NCBI GenBank assembly: GCA_030704615.1
Contig: CM060733.1
Coordinates: 34,224,001 to 34,288,000, forward strand
Length of the DNA: 64,000 nucleotides
DNA from: Takakia lepidozioides
Taxonomy: Eukaryota > Plantae > Bryophyta
Direction: 5' to 3'
The notes beneath the pieces are model-generated. The model saw nothing but the letters and a program-made list of their open reading frames with translations. It was not told the DNA's origin and searched no databases. This document shows positions 25,533 to 39,900 of this stretch, one piece after another. The translations under genes were made by a program, and so were the position numbers. How positions within the stretch are numbered: the stretch's first letter is position 1; every line of letters begins with the position of its first letter.

Positions 25533-28500
25533 ATGAGTGATGAAAGAGAAGCTAGACGACAGAGATATTCAGCAAAAAGAGAAAGCTATCTGAAAGCTAA
25601 TTATCCATATCTTTGGGAGAGAGGAATAGACATAGGGGAATCATCTGGACCTCTCACACCATTAAGATCAAAGAGTGCATCACCTATACCGGAAGAACTA
25701 GAGTTGGATGCCACTCCTTCTGTTTCTTTGCAAGAAAGATTAAGGGAATTGGTACAGGAAGAAGATCAATCACGAGGTGAAAGATCTGAGGTACATCCTT
25801 GGATAAAAGACTTGACAGAAATCTTTGATAAGAGTTGGCATGGAACACCAAAAGCAGGAACTCCAGTTTCTGAAGCAGAAGGTGAAGAAGGAGAAGAGGA
25901 TGTGGCAGAGCCAACGGAGAGTTCAGACTCTCCAACACCATTACAGTTGAGTTACATGAGTGAAGAAGAAACCCAAGGGCAGAACTTGGAGGATGAAAAC
26001 AGAGAGAAGAAATTAGAAGAGGAAGAATATGAAGAAGTAGACCCAACAGCTGAGGTTGAGACTACAACTAGGACATCCCAACCCGTTGGACCTGGATCAA
26101 GTGGAGCACTTGGATCACAGGCCAACGAAGGTGTCGGCTCAGGGGGATCAGGCGGGCTGCCTGGATCTGGCTCTGGGGGGACAGGGAGTGTGGGAAGTAG
26201 TGCAACTGAAGCTGGGAATACTGTGAATATCGTGGGGCCAGAAGCAAGGAGTGCTCAAGGGCCACCACTTGGTGGAAGATCCACCACAAAAACAACAGGT
26301 CCAGAAGGACCAGCACCAGCAAGGGTGCCAGCACCTGTCAGTGGGCAGAAGGTAGGGCCACGGATGGCGTTACAACCAACACGGGCAAAACCACCCTTTC
26401 CAATATATTCAGGAAAAGGGGATCCCGATGTACACATTAGCCAATTTGAGCACATGTGTATAGTGAACAATGAGAATGGCGATGATGCCAAGATGAGACT
26501 GTTTCCTTGTTCACTTATCAAGAAAGCAAGTGAATGGTATGCAAGATTCCCTGATAATCATTTCCTAACCTGGAATGGCTTGAATACAGCATTTCGAAAT
26601 AGGTTCAGGACAAGTAAAACTGAGGATGAAGTGTATGGAAGTTTACAACAGCTGAAGCAGAAGAAGCATGAAACTGTTGAAGAGTATATGGAGAAGATGG
26701 AATTGATGATGAAAAAGCTGGCTGCAGTACCAGCGCCCGGGTTACAGAAGACTTGGTTTGTGAGTGGACTAAGACCAGAATTGCAAAAGAAAGTGGATAT
26801 GTTACCCCATAATACAGTGGAGGAGGCATTTGAAACTGCGAACAGAATTGAGCAATTGGGAATGCTCAGGAGAGAGAAAAAAGAAGATGAGGACTCTGAG
26901 GATGAAGAAGAAGAGCAAGAACTAAAAAGAAAGAGTAAGAGAAAGGAGAAGTTGAAGAGGGATAACTATGAAAAAAATTGGAAGAAATCTTGAAGAAGTA
27001 TGCCACAGAGGCTGCAACACATTTGGAGGAAGGGTGTATGGTGTGCAAAGTGCCAGAATGAAGGCCATACCACCACAGAATGCCACATGAAGGAGAAACA
27101 CTGTACTATCTGTAAAATGGATAACCATTCTACTGAGAATTGTTACTACAACAGAAGGACAGCTGCAAGAGAACCTAGGCAAGTAAGGGTGCATCAGGTG
27201 CAGCCCCAGCCAAGAAGAAACAATGATCAGGACCACTATGGTAGGTCTGGTGGTTATAACAATGGCATGGAAGGGAGAGGTAATTCAAGAGGGAATTACC
27301 AAGGAAATTCCAGAGGCAACTATCAGGGTAATCCAAGGGGGAATTACCAGCCCGGGAATCAGGATTATAGAAATAATCCAAGAACAGACCAAGGGCGAGG
27401 ACCCAATGGTGAAGAGCTATGTTACTATTGTAATCAGCCAGGACATCGCAAGGCAGCCTGTTCATTCTGGATAAGACACCAGAATGAGATGAGAGCTCCT
27501 GTGAATGAGGGCCCAGTGGTGGCAGCTCACATGGTTAGGCCATGTGTTGTACCAGAAGTAAGTACAATGATAGTAACAAGAAGTAAAGCCAAACTAATAC
27601 CTCCAGTAGAAGAGGAAGAAGATGAGACTGGAAGTGGCAATGATATGCCTGAAGATGAAGAGACTTGGAAAGATGAGAAGGAACTGCACAAGGAAGTGGC
27701 AGATACTATAAGGGAAATGCAAAAGAGTACTGATATTCCTGTGGCAGATTCCTCTGATTCGGATGGAGAAAATGAAGGGAGTGAGGAAGAAAGGAAAAAA
27801 GAAGATGCAGACATGCAAAGTAATGAAGAGACTTTGGCTGAAGTAATATGTCAGACCAAAGCAGAAATTACCATTGAACAGCTATTAGCTGTGGCACCTT
27901 ATTGTAGGCACAGGCTGTATCAAGCAATCAATCGAATTGCCCAAGAGACAGGAAACACAGACCTGAACAACAAGGTGACCAGTTATAATGTGAAGCCGGA
28001 AGGGCGAGAACCAGTCATGGACTTTGATGATTCTATGCCAGTAATCCAATTGAGAATTGGAAGCACAGAACTAACTGATGTACTGATAGATGGTGGTTCT
28101 GGAGTAAATATCATGACAGACCAATTAAGGAAGAAGCTTGGTCTAAGTAACATGAAACCAGCCCCATTTACAGTAACAATGGCAGATCAAAGAAGTGTGC
28201 AGCCATTGGGATTAATAAGAGGAGTTAAGATACAGATACAGAAAATGATCTTTATGATCACAGTAACTGTATTAGAAATGGATGAAGTCATGGAGGCTTA
28301 CTCCTTATTATTGGGACGACCGTGGCTGAAACAGGCCAGGGTATTCCATGACTGGAATTCTCAGTTACTAACCGTGCATAATGGGATACACGAGATACAA
28401 ATTACCACAAAGAAATCTAGTAGATTACCTGCTACAAGAAGACCTCGAGGAGTCAGAGAGTATGACTGGAGAGGAGGACTGGATGAGGAGCAGGAAGCTA

Positions 28501-31500
28501 CCCTATTTGCTGCACACCCAGAGTGGGAGCAGGTTGCAGAGATGCGGCTGGAAAGCCTAAGTTGTTTGAGAGGTATCTGCTGTGGTGTAGTGACAGCAAC
28601 ACCAACTGAAGAGGAAACCAGCATTTACCCATCACATTTCTATGAAGAGAGAGAAGGAGAAATAGAAATCCTAGAAGAACCAGCCACTGTGAGCTTACAG
28701 GATGAAGTGGTGACTGGTTGGACAATCACAGCTGATGAGCAGGTGAGAGAAGTAAATGTGGGAACTAAGGAGGAACCGAGGATGGTGAAAGTAGGAGCTG
28801 ATTTGGAGCTGGAATTCTTCGAAGAAGCTAAAAGCTTGTTCATCAAATACAGAGATGTATTTGCTTGGAGCTATGAGGATCTAAAAGGGATACCACCTGA
28901 AGTCTGTCAGCATAAGATTGAACTGGAACCAGGGTCAGTACCAATCAAGCAGGCGAGGTATAGAATGAATCCCAACTACGCACAGAAGGTTGGAGAAGAG
29001 ATAAAGAAGTTGGCTGAGGCTAAGTTTATATACCCAATAGAGTATACAACTTGGTTGTCACCCATTGTTATAGTCCCCAAGAAGAATGGCAAACTAAGAG
29101 TATGTGTGAACTATAAGAAGCTGAATGCTTGTACGAAGAAAGATCCTTTCCCTTGCCATTCACAGAAGCAGTATTAGACACTGTGGCAGGCCATGAGATG
29201 TACTCATTCATGGATGGCTTCAGTGGTTATAATCAAGTGCAAGTGGCAGAAGAAGACCAAGGGAAAACAGCTTTCATCACAGACTGGGGGGCTTATGCAT
29301 ACAAAGTCATGCCCTTTGGACTTTGTAATGCACCAGCGACCTTTCAGAGAGTGATAAGTGAATCTTTTCATGAGTATCTGGATGATTTCATGCAGGTATT
29401 CTTGGATGATTTCAGTGTGTACAGCTCTAAGAGTGAGCACTTGCATAAATTGGAGTTATGTTTGGCCAGATGCAGGATGAGAGGTCTGGGCCTGAATCCA
29501 GAGAAGTGTACTTTCTGTGTGAACTCAGGGGTGCTTCTGGGACACATTGTGTGTAAGAAGGGACTCCTTGTGGATCCCAGAAAACGAAGTCCATTAAAGC
29601 CTCTCCACCACCAGTGAATGTTAAAAGTCTACGGAGATTCCTTGGGCAAACCAGTTATTACAGGAGATTTGTCAAAAGGTATGCACAAATAGCAGCACCA
29701 TTGAGCAAACTACTGAAGAAAGATGCAGTGTTTACCTGGATAGCTGAATGTCAACAGGCGTTTGAGGAGCTTACACTGTCAGTAACAACTACACCTGCGC
29801 TGATTAACCCTCACTAGCATGTAGTATTCCATGTTCACTGCGATGCATCAGGAGAAGCGTTGGGAGCGGTGTTAGCCCAGAATGTTACAGGGAATATAGA
29901 TTCACCTGCGTACTATGCTAGCCGGTTGATGAACAGTGCTGAGAGGAACTATAGCACAACGGAAAGAGAAGCATTGGCAATGATCTATGCAGTGAAGAAA
30001 TTCAGGCATTACCTGTTGGGCAAGAAGTTTATGTTCTATGTGGATCACCAGGCTCTGATATACCTGGTAAACAAACCTCTGATAAGCGGAAGAATAGCAA
30101 GATGGTTGATAATCTTGCACGAGTTTGAGTTCGAGGTTGTTTACAAGCCTGGGAGACTGCATCTTGTGGCAGATCATTTGTCACGATTGTCAACAGGAGA
30201 ACCAGCCACAGGAATAGATGATCAATTACCAGATGCGAGTCTCTTTGCAGTGGAGGTGCAGGGAAGTGCAGATGACTGGTTAGATTGGCAGTGGCCAATC
30301 AGATACTACCTTGCTCATGGTCAGTGCCCACCTAGTTATGGTAAGGAGCAGAGGAAGAGAATTGCTATCAAAGCTTTACCTTATACTATGGTAGGAAGCA
30401 GAATGTATAAGTTAGGACCTGATGGAGTACTAAAACGATGCTTGTACCACCATGAAGTAAATAAAGTTTTGGCGGAAGTTCATAAAGGAATGGCTGGAGG
30501 TCATTTTGGAGAAGAGACTACCAGTAGAAAGATACTACTCGCAGGATACTGGTGGCCTACTTTGTTCAAAGATGTACACGAGTATTGTCAGAAGTGTGAT
30601 GAATGTCAGAGGCTAGGACCTTTGCAGAGATCTGGAAAGATGGCCTTGCATCCTACAATGCCTACGGAACCATTTCAGAAATGGGGACTAGACTTTGTTG
30701 GACCAATTAACCCACCATCCAAGAATACACGAAACAGATACATAATTACAGCCACTAATTATACTACAAAGTGGGTGGAAGCTAAAGCTTTGAGGGACAA
30801 CACAGCCAAGTCCACAGCAAGGTTCCTGTACGAGAACATACTTACACGATTTGGCTGTCCCTTAGAATTTATCAGTGATCAAGGAAGTCACTTCATGAAT
30901 GAGACCATTGAGTTGTTGACTAAAGAGTTTATGATTGTGCATAGAAAGAGTACAACATATTACCCACAGGGTAATGGGCAGGCAGAGGCTACCAACAAAA
31001 TACTATGTACTATCTTGGCTAAGATAGTCAATGCAAACAGAACGGATTGGGATACGAAGCTGCTGACAGCTTTGTGGTCATACAGGACTTCATATAAAGT
31101 CACCACTAAGTATACACCATTCCAATTAGTTTATGGTATGGAAGCCTTACTTCCAGTGGAATTCCTGTTACCTACCATGAGAACGGAGTGGGGAAAAAGA
31201 ATGGAATTGCAAGACTCCATCAAGGTCAGGAAACATGAATTATACCATGTGGAAGAAGTACGTGCTGATGCAGCTGATAATATGACCAGAATTCAGATGA
31301 AGCGAAAGGAACAGTTTGATGAAGGCAAGTTAAAGACTTTTAAGACGGGGGATTTGGTTCTATGGTTGCAGAAAAAAAGAAAGATTCAAGCTTCTAAGCT
31401 TAAATCACCGTGGAAAGGACCTTATGTCATACAAAAGATGTATGATAACAACACCGCCATGTTACAAACCATTAACAAAGAAATGCTGGGAAGAGTCAAT

Positions 31501-32610
31501 GCAAATAAATTGAAGGGGTACAGTGGTATCCATGACAAACCCTTGCAGCATGATTTGCATGTTGAACCGCAAGAGCAGTCACGGGCTGCACCAGTGTTAC
31601 GAACGGAGTATGGAACACTTGTCGCTAGGCCCAGCATATATGACCAGGGCGGGCAAAACAAACGTGACACAGCCAACCACAGCCCATCAAGGCAAAACAC
31701 AGCCAATCACAGCCCATCAAGGCAAAGCACAGCCAATCACAGTCCATCAAGGCAAAGCACAGCCAATCACAACCCATCAAGGCAAAGCACAGCCTATCAC
31801 AGCCCAGCACGGCGCAACACAGCCTATCACAACCTACCACAGCGTGTCACAGCCTATCACAGCTTACCACAGTGCATCACAGCCTATCACAGCGTAACAC
31901 AGTATGACACAGCCTGTCACAGCTCAACACAGCCTACTAAAGTTACACGATCCATAGAATCAGTGACAAGTGGACACATAATAACTTCAGGAAAATGGCT
32001 GAAGGAAGAAGAAACGGAAATTACTTTAAAAATAGACACGTGGAGGTCAGGGCGCGACACACAGCCGAGAATGAAGTGCAAGGACAGGTGTCAAAAAGAA
32101 AGAGGACAAGAACGGCCGTCAAAAGGGATGAAAGGCGGGCCCATTAATGAGTACGGAAAAAGGGAAACGGAACGAACGGCAAGTACAGAAAAGCCGAATT
32201 CTTGTCACATGTGTGATCCTAGTGGACTATCCAACAGGGAAAGTCCACTAAAGAAGATAAAATCTAAAATCCAGTCACAGCGGATACAGCCAATAGAAAA
32301 CCAGAGAAAGGATCAAGAAAATGGAGGGAAATTGAGCGCAAGAGGCAGCGTCGTTCTGAGTAACGGGCGTCTCGACAGGACAGGCCATAAATGCTATAAC
32401 TTGGAAACTATGGAGGAACTAACAGACTATACGCTCGCAATATTACTTACGCAGTGGCATAGACACGAAAGGACAGAGCAGAGCTTTTCTCTTGAGCGAT
32501 GCTTGCAAGCCCCGCAGGCTTACAAGAAATTACCCATAGCTTTCTGCGGCAACCATACGTTTATGCTTTATGCACTACAGGCATTCCTGCAGTTGTTACA
32601 GCCAAAATAG
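25533..32610 (+). pseudogene. gag-pol (retrotrans_gag, several zinc knuckles, PR, RT, RNase H, IN with long C-terminal extension), few lesions
   Basis: YSGKGDPDVHI; CYYCNQPGHRKAAC; LIDGGSGVN; MPFGLCNAPATFQ, FLDDF; YSTTEREALA; GGHF, WGLDFVGP, SDQG, YYPQGNGQAE, WKGPY. Frameshifts at about 26990, 29150 and 29585 and a stop at 29815. Confidence 0.93.
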
Positions 32611-32625
32611 TTCTGTGAGTCTAAA

Positions 32626-33132
32626 ATGAAGAGAGTGAGAGGAATGGAGGAAATCAGGGTGAAGAGCACCACGATTCTGCAGAAACAAACAATTGGTACC
32701 CCACTCACCTGGACAGACAAGGAGCTCAGTGTCTACACCAATTTTGCTGTTCAGCGGTTACACCAAGTTGTAAAATACAAACTTCCAGACATGGTAGGAC
32801 AGCATTGTATGCCCCAGATGATTCCACAAAAAGTTCGAAAATTAAAACACCTGAGAGGCGATGAGGATTCTGATACAACTGTTTCTTCACCGAATTCTTT
32901 TGACATGGGAGAAGACTATGCAGTTCAGATGGCAGAGAAGAAGCGAAGGGGGTCTCCTATGCCGGAAATGTTACCTCCATATCAGCCTCCAGAGGGCCTC
33001 ACTTATCCAGGTAGTGATCAACCATCTCCGTCAACCAGAGACAGACCTCGGGCTCGTACACACAGTCCGCCACGAAACTCTCAACGTCAAGAAGGTGCTC
33101 ACTCACAAAGGTTTGCTAGTCGAAATCAGTAA
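32626..33132 (+). CDS. Extra 3' ORF of the gypsy element, in frame with pol after one TAG
   Basis: 168-aa ORF ending just before the PPT, in the same frame as 29860-32610. Confidence 0.4.
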   Translation: MKRVRGMEEIRVKSTTILQKQTIGTPLTWTDKELSVYTNFAVQRLHQVVKYKLPDMVGQHCMPQMIPQKVRKLKHLRGDEDSDTTVSSPNSFDMGEDYAVQMAEKKRRGSPMPEMLPPYQPPEGLTYPGSDQPSPSTRDRPRARTHSPPRNSQRQEGAHSQRFASRNQ

Positions 33133-35464
33133 ACCGTGAGGACACGGCTTTTTGAGGGGGGAAGGGGTAATGTTAGAGGACTGTCGGGGACTTAGACACT
33201 TATACGGGATCTGTAGGGTACCCTTAATTTTTGCACAGACTGAGACCAACAGGAGCCTTAGGGGTGATAGCAGCGCACTGTAGAGGGGGGTTACACAGCC
33301 CGTCACAGTCGTCACAGCCAACACAGCCAACACAGTCGTCACAATCGTCACAGCCAACACAGCCAACACAGCCCGTCACAGTCGTCACAGCAGACACAGC
33401 CGACACAGCCCGTCACAGTCATCACGGCCAACACAGCCCACACAGCCCGTCACAGTCGTCACAGCCAACACAGCCAACACAGCCCGTCACAGTCGTCACA
33501 GCAGACACAGCCGACACAGCCCGGCACAGCCACACAGCCAGTCACAGCCCGACACAGCCAAACACAGTCGCACAGCCAGTCACAGCTTGACACAGCTGTC
33601 ACGATCATAGGGAACGAAAAGTAGGACAGGGAACGACTGTGGGGAACAACACCTGCGAAAGGAACATGTTAGTTCACAGACACGGTTAGTGAGGGAAACG
33701 GTTAGAACCGCGGATAGGAAGATAAAAGGGAGAAACGGGGAATGAAGGGACATCATTCAGAGGAGGACTTCTTGGTGATAGAGGAGAGGGGATCGGGCAG
33801 AGATGAAGAACGGAAGTGAAGATAGAGAGATGATGAGTAGATGCTTGATATATGCAAGGCTGTAATGATATTGTAGAGGAGATTAGAGACACAATGGCTT
33901 CGGCCTGATACCTTATAAATCATAATCGGATACTTTTACGATACAAACACACTGTGTAGAGAGATCTGAGTGAAGCTGTGGAATGAATGGATGAGTTGAT
34001 GGAATCCAATAGATTGATAAAGCAAACTGATACTTAATTATCAATGGTAAGATAGTTAACATGAATACCAAAAGGGAAACAAATAGGAAACACCCCCATG
34101 ATACACTAGCTGTAGGTCATGACTGATTGTTCTGCGCGGGCTGAGTACTTAGAGATTTCCAACTCTTCAATCTTGGAGTTTCCGCCTCGAATAGCGAAGG
34201 GATGGGTGAGTAAAAGCCGCGCGACAATCAGGTGGAAAATAATCGAGGGTTGAGACGTGGTTGGATGGCATGGCAGGGACATATGATTCAAGAGGGTGAA
34301 GTGGTATGCTACTTAATGGAGCAGCTAGGAACCTAGCAACCTGTGGAGGTAGGCAGAGTCTTCCTATATGGAAAGATGATTGACTTAAGATGCCTGAAAT
34401 TTTTTAGGCTAAGAATGTGTTCTTGAGATTATATGTTTATCTCTTGACGCAGGTCTCCAAATCGGGTGTACAGATAAAGCTATTATTTAAGAGCCCTTTC
34501 AGGTTAAGCACAGTATGTGTTTAAGATTATGTGCATTTACCAAACTTCAGTGGGCTTCAGAACCCAGCCCTTTTGAAAATTCCGAGTTTCCTAGAATGAG
34601 TGAACAAGCCTAAAAACCTTGAGCACTCCCTCATTGAAGGCAAAGGACTAGTTATGCAAAACCTAAGATGAGGTTGTGAAGGTCTTGTGGAAAGATGGAG
34701 GTCAGTCTCTTTTTCATTACACACATGTTTTTATTGCCCTTTGTATTTATGGTAGCTAAAGAGAGGTTTGCAACAGTTGATGTTAACATGCCTTTTGTAT
34801 CTAGGAGCTGCTGAGTGACACGTATTTAATCGTCAAATTGGCAGGCGTTGCTACTTATGCTTCTTGCACCTTGTATAACTTCTTCATATGCAACATGTTG
34901 CTATGGTGGTGACATAGTAGGTCTATTTCCTAAGGCCTTTGTTTTTGACATGCAAAACCGGTAGGATACGGAGACCCATTGATTGTCATCCGCCCACCTT
35001 TCCCTTGTATCGAGAAGCTAACTTAGGGAGCGTGGTCTCATGTGCCTTGCAGGATGTCACGACATCGGAACCGGCGGTTCTAAGCGGTATCGTCCTGGTC
35101 AGTCTAGTCGGTATGGTCTTGGTCAGTCTGGTCAGTCTGGTCTATAATGTCAATCGAGTCTAATCCAGTCGAGTCAAATAGGGTAGTTAGGATATTCCCG
35201 GGGGTGGTCTTTAAGTCTAATGTCTAAGTCCTAAGAATTTTATCTAATAATCACATGTCATCTAAGAGGGTATGCAACTGACTGGAGGGCCCGCCATTCA
35301 GTTGTTTGCTTCAACACACATAATGAACACATAAATCCTTCAATCATTTCTGCGGCCTCCAACATCGAGTATATCGACGTGGAAGAACGTCTGGAGCTTT
35401 TGAATGAGGTATATTCATGTGGCTGTGAGTTGAGCAAGACCACTGGGATGCCGGTGGGAGGACT

Positions 35465-35960
35465 GCATGTGGTAAGTGTTCTCAATTCTTTTCAGTGATG
35501 TTGATTTTTCATTGATGTACTCTTTTGATTTAGAGGTTGCCATGAGGTTTCTTCAAATGATTCAGATGTGTTAATGTGTACTTGCAAACAGACTGCACAG
35601 TGCCCATGCAATGTGGAGTTGTGGTAAGTCAAAAATACTTTGGTGCAAGATTGATAGAATATGAGATATGTTAACTTCTAACTAATGTCTATTTGTAGAA
35701 GAATTATAGTTAGAACTTCAGTTTTGGACTGCCTGTGGTAACTGTTCTTAGTTCTTTTCAGCGATGTTGATTTTATTGATGTACTCGTTTGACTTAGAGG
35801 TTGTCATAAGCAAATGATTCAGATGTGTTAATTTGTCCTTGCAAACAGATTGCACGACGTGTCCCTGCAGTGAGTTGTGGTAAGTCAAAAATACTTTGGT
35901 GCAAAATATGAGGTATGCTAATTTCTATCTAATGCCTATTTGTTACTTCAGTTTTGGTTA
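35465..35960 (+). repeat. Tandem duplication (~270 bp) of an intron/mini-exon-like unit
   Basis: GTGGTAA...TTCTTTTCAG.GATGTTGATTTT...TTGCAAACAG...GAGTTGTGGTAAGTCAAAAATACTTTGGTGCAA occurs twice. Confidence 0.6.
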
Positions 35961-36667
35961 GTGTGGCTACAAAATAGAGAGGGGAAAAGGAAGAATAGAG
36001 GAACGAGGTCATAGAAATGGTAATCGTCATGCTAAAAAACTCCTGGAATGTTATATAGTCTACGTTAAACTGATTTTTCATATGAAGATAGGTCTAAATG
36101 CTTATAGAATGATATGTAGAATGTTTCTCATTTTAGAGAGGATATGCTTCTGGATTTGAGATTTTGTTCATGTCATACTATTAACCTTTTGCTTGTATGT
36201 GCAGGTTAACAGTTGTGACTAGATGGATACTTCTACACTAAGTTCACTATTAAATTGGGTTTAGTGTCAAACCATAGACCATAGAACCTTTCAATTCACA
36301 ACCTTTGTCCATAAGAGATTGAAAATTCAGATAACAAAACTTGCGCGGAAGCGCTGTCAAAATTCTAGCAAGAATGAAATAATAATGAGGGACGCGGAAG
36401 CGCTACCCAAATTATTTCACATTGCTCTGAATTGGGAATGAATGTATAATTGAACATATAATGAACAATATATTATATATTACATAGCAGATTTATTGTC
36501 ATAAATAACTACTATGATGATAATGGGATGCATATATTCAATGTATGCATCTCAAAACTTGAGTAGTTATCAACCTTAATGAATATGGATTATCCATTTG
36601 TTAGTTTTATGGTCTGATGGGATGATCTAGTCTTGGAGTTGGTGGTCACAATTTGCATTTTTAGTTA

Positions 36668-36669
<2 letters not shown>

Positions 36670-36710
<41 letters not shown>
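36670..36710. repeat. (TA)n microsatellite
   Basis: About 20 TA units. Confidence 0.95.
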
Positions 36711-36714
<4 letters not shown>

Positions 36715-36814
36715 GTATCTGATTTTCTTCTATCTGGTTAGCAATTATGATTCCATAGTATAGAAATATTATGTGAATGTTGTATAAATTAGAAAGTGGA
36801 AGTTTATGAAAGGG

Positions 36815-36877
36815 GGGAGGAAGAAGAAGAAAGTCCACCGTTCAGCCTGAACGGTGGACTTTCTTCTTCTTCCTCCC
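36815..36877. repeat. Perfect 63-bp palindrome (31-bp arms, 1-nt spacer)
   Basis: GGGAGGAAGAAGAAGAAAGTCCACCGTTCAG-C-CTGAACGGTGGACTTTCTTCTTCTTCCTCCC. Confidence 0.95.
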
Positions 36878-36992
36878 TTTTTTTTTTTGGTTGTATCATG
36901 GTTCAAAACCCTAATTATCTCTTAGGTATTGACTTTTTGATATTCTGTGTAGGGTAAGATCTAAGACAATGGAAGAGATGTAGGAGATAAAG

Positions 36993-39900
36993 GTGTATGA
37001 AGAAGGAGTGCAACAAGGAGTTGTGGATGTACCAGCAGCAGCCACTTTGGAAATCGTACGAAGAGAAATAGAATTGGATGCTCTTGTGGAATTTGAGTAC
37101 AATTTCTTGACAAAGGAGGGGTCCATTTTGAAGGAGAGTCAAGAAGCAAGAAGAGCTGTTGCAATTGACAAGACTGTTAATATCAAAAGACGACAAGTGG
37201 AGCATGTCAACCAAGAAAAACAGATTGAGGGGAGTCAATCTATCCCTTCACATTCCAGAGAGGATGCAAACATTGGTCATGAGAAATTTCCAGGGGATGT
37301 GTTATCACAGGGGGCTCTTTCTCACGGACGTTGTTCCGATAATCGTGACTATCTCATAGCTCAACATACACAAAAGAGAGATCTCAACTCTACGCCTCTG
37401 TCGGTTTCTCGGAAGAAAAGCATCTTAATGAGTGAAACCATGGTGGCCAAATGGGAGAGTGGTATTTTCAATACTATGAAGAAACTACGTGGTTTGGATC
37501 TACCACGAGATGATGAATTCGAGCTCGAGACATTTGATTCATTTGGCATTCCATATGCACGGTTATGGTGTCATGAATGTAAAAAAGAATATGGGTCCAG
37601 GTGCACACTTGATAAAGATCCAAACATGGTGTTGGACAATTTTTTCAGGAAGCACGTCCGAGGTTGCACCAAACACGAAAAGAATTATGTTGCACGTCGG
37701 AAAAGAAAATTGAAAGATGGTGTCCAACTAGTCACTTCCTTAGTTGCTGAAAATGGGCATCCTCCACTTACTTTCCCTCCAATCACAAACAACTTCAAAG
37801 TTGTGATTGATGAAGCAATTTCTGAACTTGAAGCTTTCAACAATGAGAGGGCAGATGCACGTTTTTTGGTAATTGACCATACAATTGATTATAGTGACCA
37901 TCGGCGTGTGAAATTCAGATGTGAGATATGTCGTGATCGTTTCTTTCAGCTTTGTCCTCGAACTGGAAATTTGAGGACAAGCATGATAGAACATCTAAAG
38001 GCCAATCGTCACATTGTGAATTATGGTAAAGAACAGACTGGAGAGGAGGAGGGAGGTGTGGCTCGTACTGGGCTCAGAGGTCGACCCAAGAAACGAACTC
38101 TTCTTCCAAATCAGACCTCATTGTCCACTTTTTTCCGACGTGTGGTTTCTAAGCCTAATGATGGGGCGATTGAGTCAAGTTCTTCAGAGGACTTGCGCCC
38201 AACTATGGAGAGGAGATCGAAAAAGGTTGATGGAGGCGTTTGTGATGAAAGGACTGCGGAGGGTTTTTCACCGCTACCATCATCTTCCGCTGGTTTTTAT
38301 GTGGAGCTTCCCCTGGAAGAGAGCCGATAACATCTTCCTAGTCATTCTCGTTCAACTACTACAACTGCCCCAAGTAAGAGCATAACAACACATCTCAATT
38401 GTTTATGTTGGGGACTATGGGAGGACACAATAAAGATGAATGGAAAAAATTTGTTGCTTGAAACCATTGCTTGATGATCAAAACCGTGGGAGATGTTGGT
38501 GGGCTGAACCACATGCACAAGAGGTGCTCTTCGATGGCAATAGAGAGTGGAAGATCAATGGTTTGTTTAGGCATGAGAAATGCAAAAAGATCTCAAAAGA
38601 TAGTAATCCATTCGAGGGATTTAGCTGCTCATATTGCCAAAGCATTCCTCAAACTACTGATTTCCGTCATCGAGTATATAGAGAGTCAAAGGCAAAAGAG
38701 AAAAGAGGTGGAAGGAAAATAGTCCAAGGACGAAGAATTGGTTATTTGACTCAAACTGAATTGAAGCAAGAAGCTGGTTTGTATGGAAGGAAAGTGAGAG
38801 ATTTGAAGCGGTCATTGTTTTGGGAGAAACAAAAGACTGTGATGTTGTCAGTGCGGATCCGAACCATGAAGGAGGCAAATAAAGAGGCTTGGAAGATAAA
38901 AGATATCAGGAAATTTTGCAACAATATTGTGGATGCTCATAGATCTGGGAAGTTTGGGGGAAAGAAAGCTTTGTGGAGTTGGTTACAGGATATTGGAACA
39001 AATCTGATGAGGAAGAAACAGGGCCACAGATACTGTAAGACATCCACCGCTATAGCTGAAACAGTTAAATTGTGGGGTGGCCCACGATTGCATAATTTTT
39101 TGTGCGATAATTTGATGGGACCATCCATCTCTTCTACAAGACGTGTGGCTCACAAAGCTATAGATTTTGTGCCAGGAGAGCATGAGTTTATATTCAAAGC
39201 TATCGGTCAAATATATAGTGATGCGATGAAAAAGCATGCGATTACTTCACGAGTCCCAGTGATGTTGGTGGAAGATGAAACATCAATCAAAAGATATATT
39301 AGGTAAACTAAATTTCAGAGACCTGATATTATGTTTATATGTCATTTCCATTGGTGCTATACTATTCTGATCAATTATCGTGATATGCATAGCATGCCTA
39401 ACCATCTTCATTTGATTGTGGCAATGTAGATGGAATGCAAAGTCGGATGTGCTAGTGGGCTTCTGTGGGACAAAAGGAGATGAGCATGAGTGCGTATCAG
39501 ATTTCATGGCTCAGGTTGGTGCTAGAAAAGAGGGCTATGAAAACATCGTTGGAGCTTTTACATATGGGGTTAGATGTAATTATGCAAGGGTGATAATTGC
39601 AAACCCACTGCGTGCTCTTCTTCCACGCATTGTACTAGTGGTTCAAGGGACTTGCAATAAGTTTACTTCAGATTTTGTTCGTGATCAATGGCAGAAAATT
39701 GAACACATGTGGAGGACAAGTGTTGAAAGATTCATAAGGCCTATTGTGGGTCATGCGTCTGATGGTGATGCTCGAAGGAGAAGCCTTATGTTGAGTGATT
39801 ACTTGAGCATGGATGGGGTACGGTTTGACATAGATTGGTGTGGCTGGAAAATGTCTGGGAAAATGGTAGAAGGGCATGTGGGTGGCCTACATGATCAAGA

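Larger units (their letters stand above)
23875..34226 (+). mobile_element. Ty3/gypsy non-chromovirus LTR retrotransposon (Athila/Tat/Phygy-like), 10.35 kb, recent
   Basis: LTRs at 23875-24923 and 33171-34226 are nearly identical apart from repeat copy number. TSD ATCAG, PBS TGGCGACCATACTGGGG (tRNA-Arg-like) at about 24926-24942, PPT GAGGGGGGAAGGGG at 33154-33167. Confidence 0.95.
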
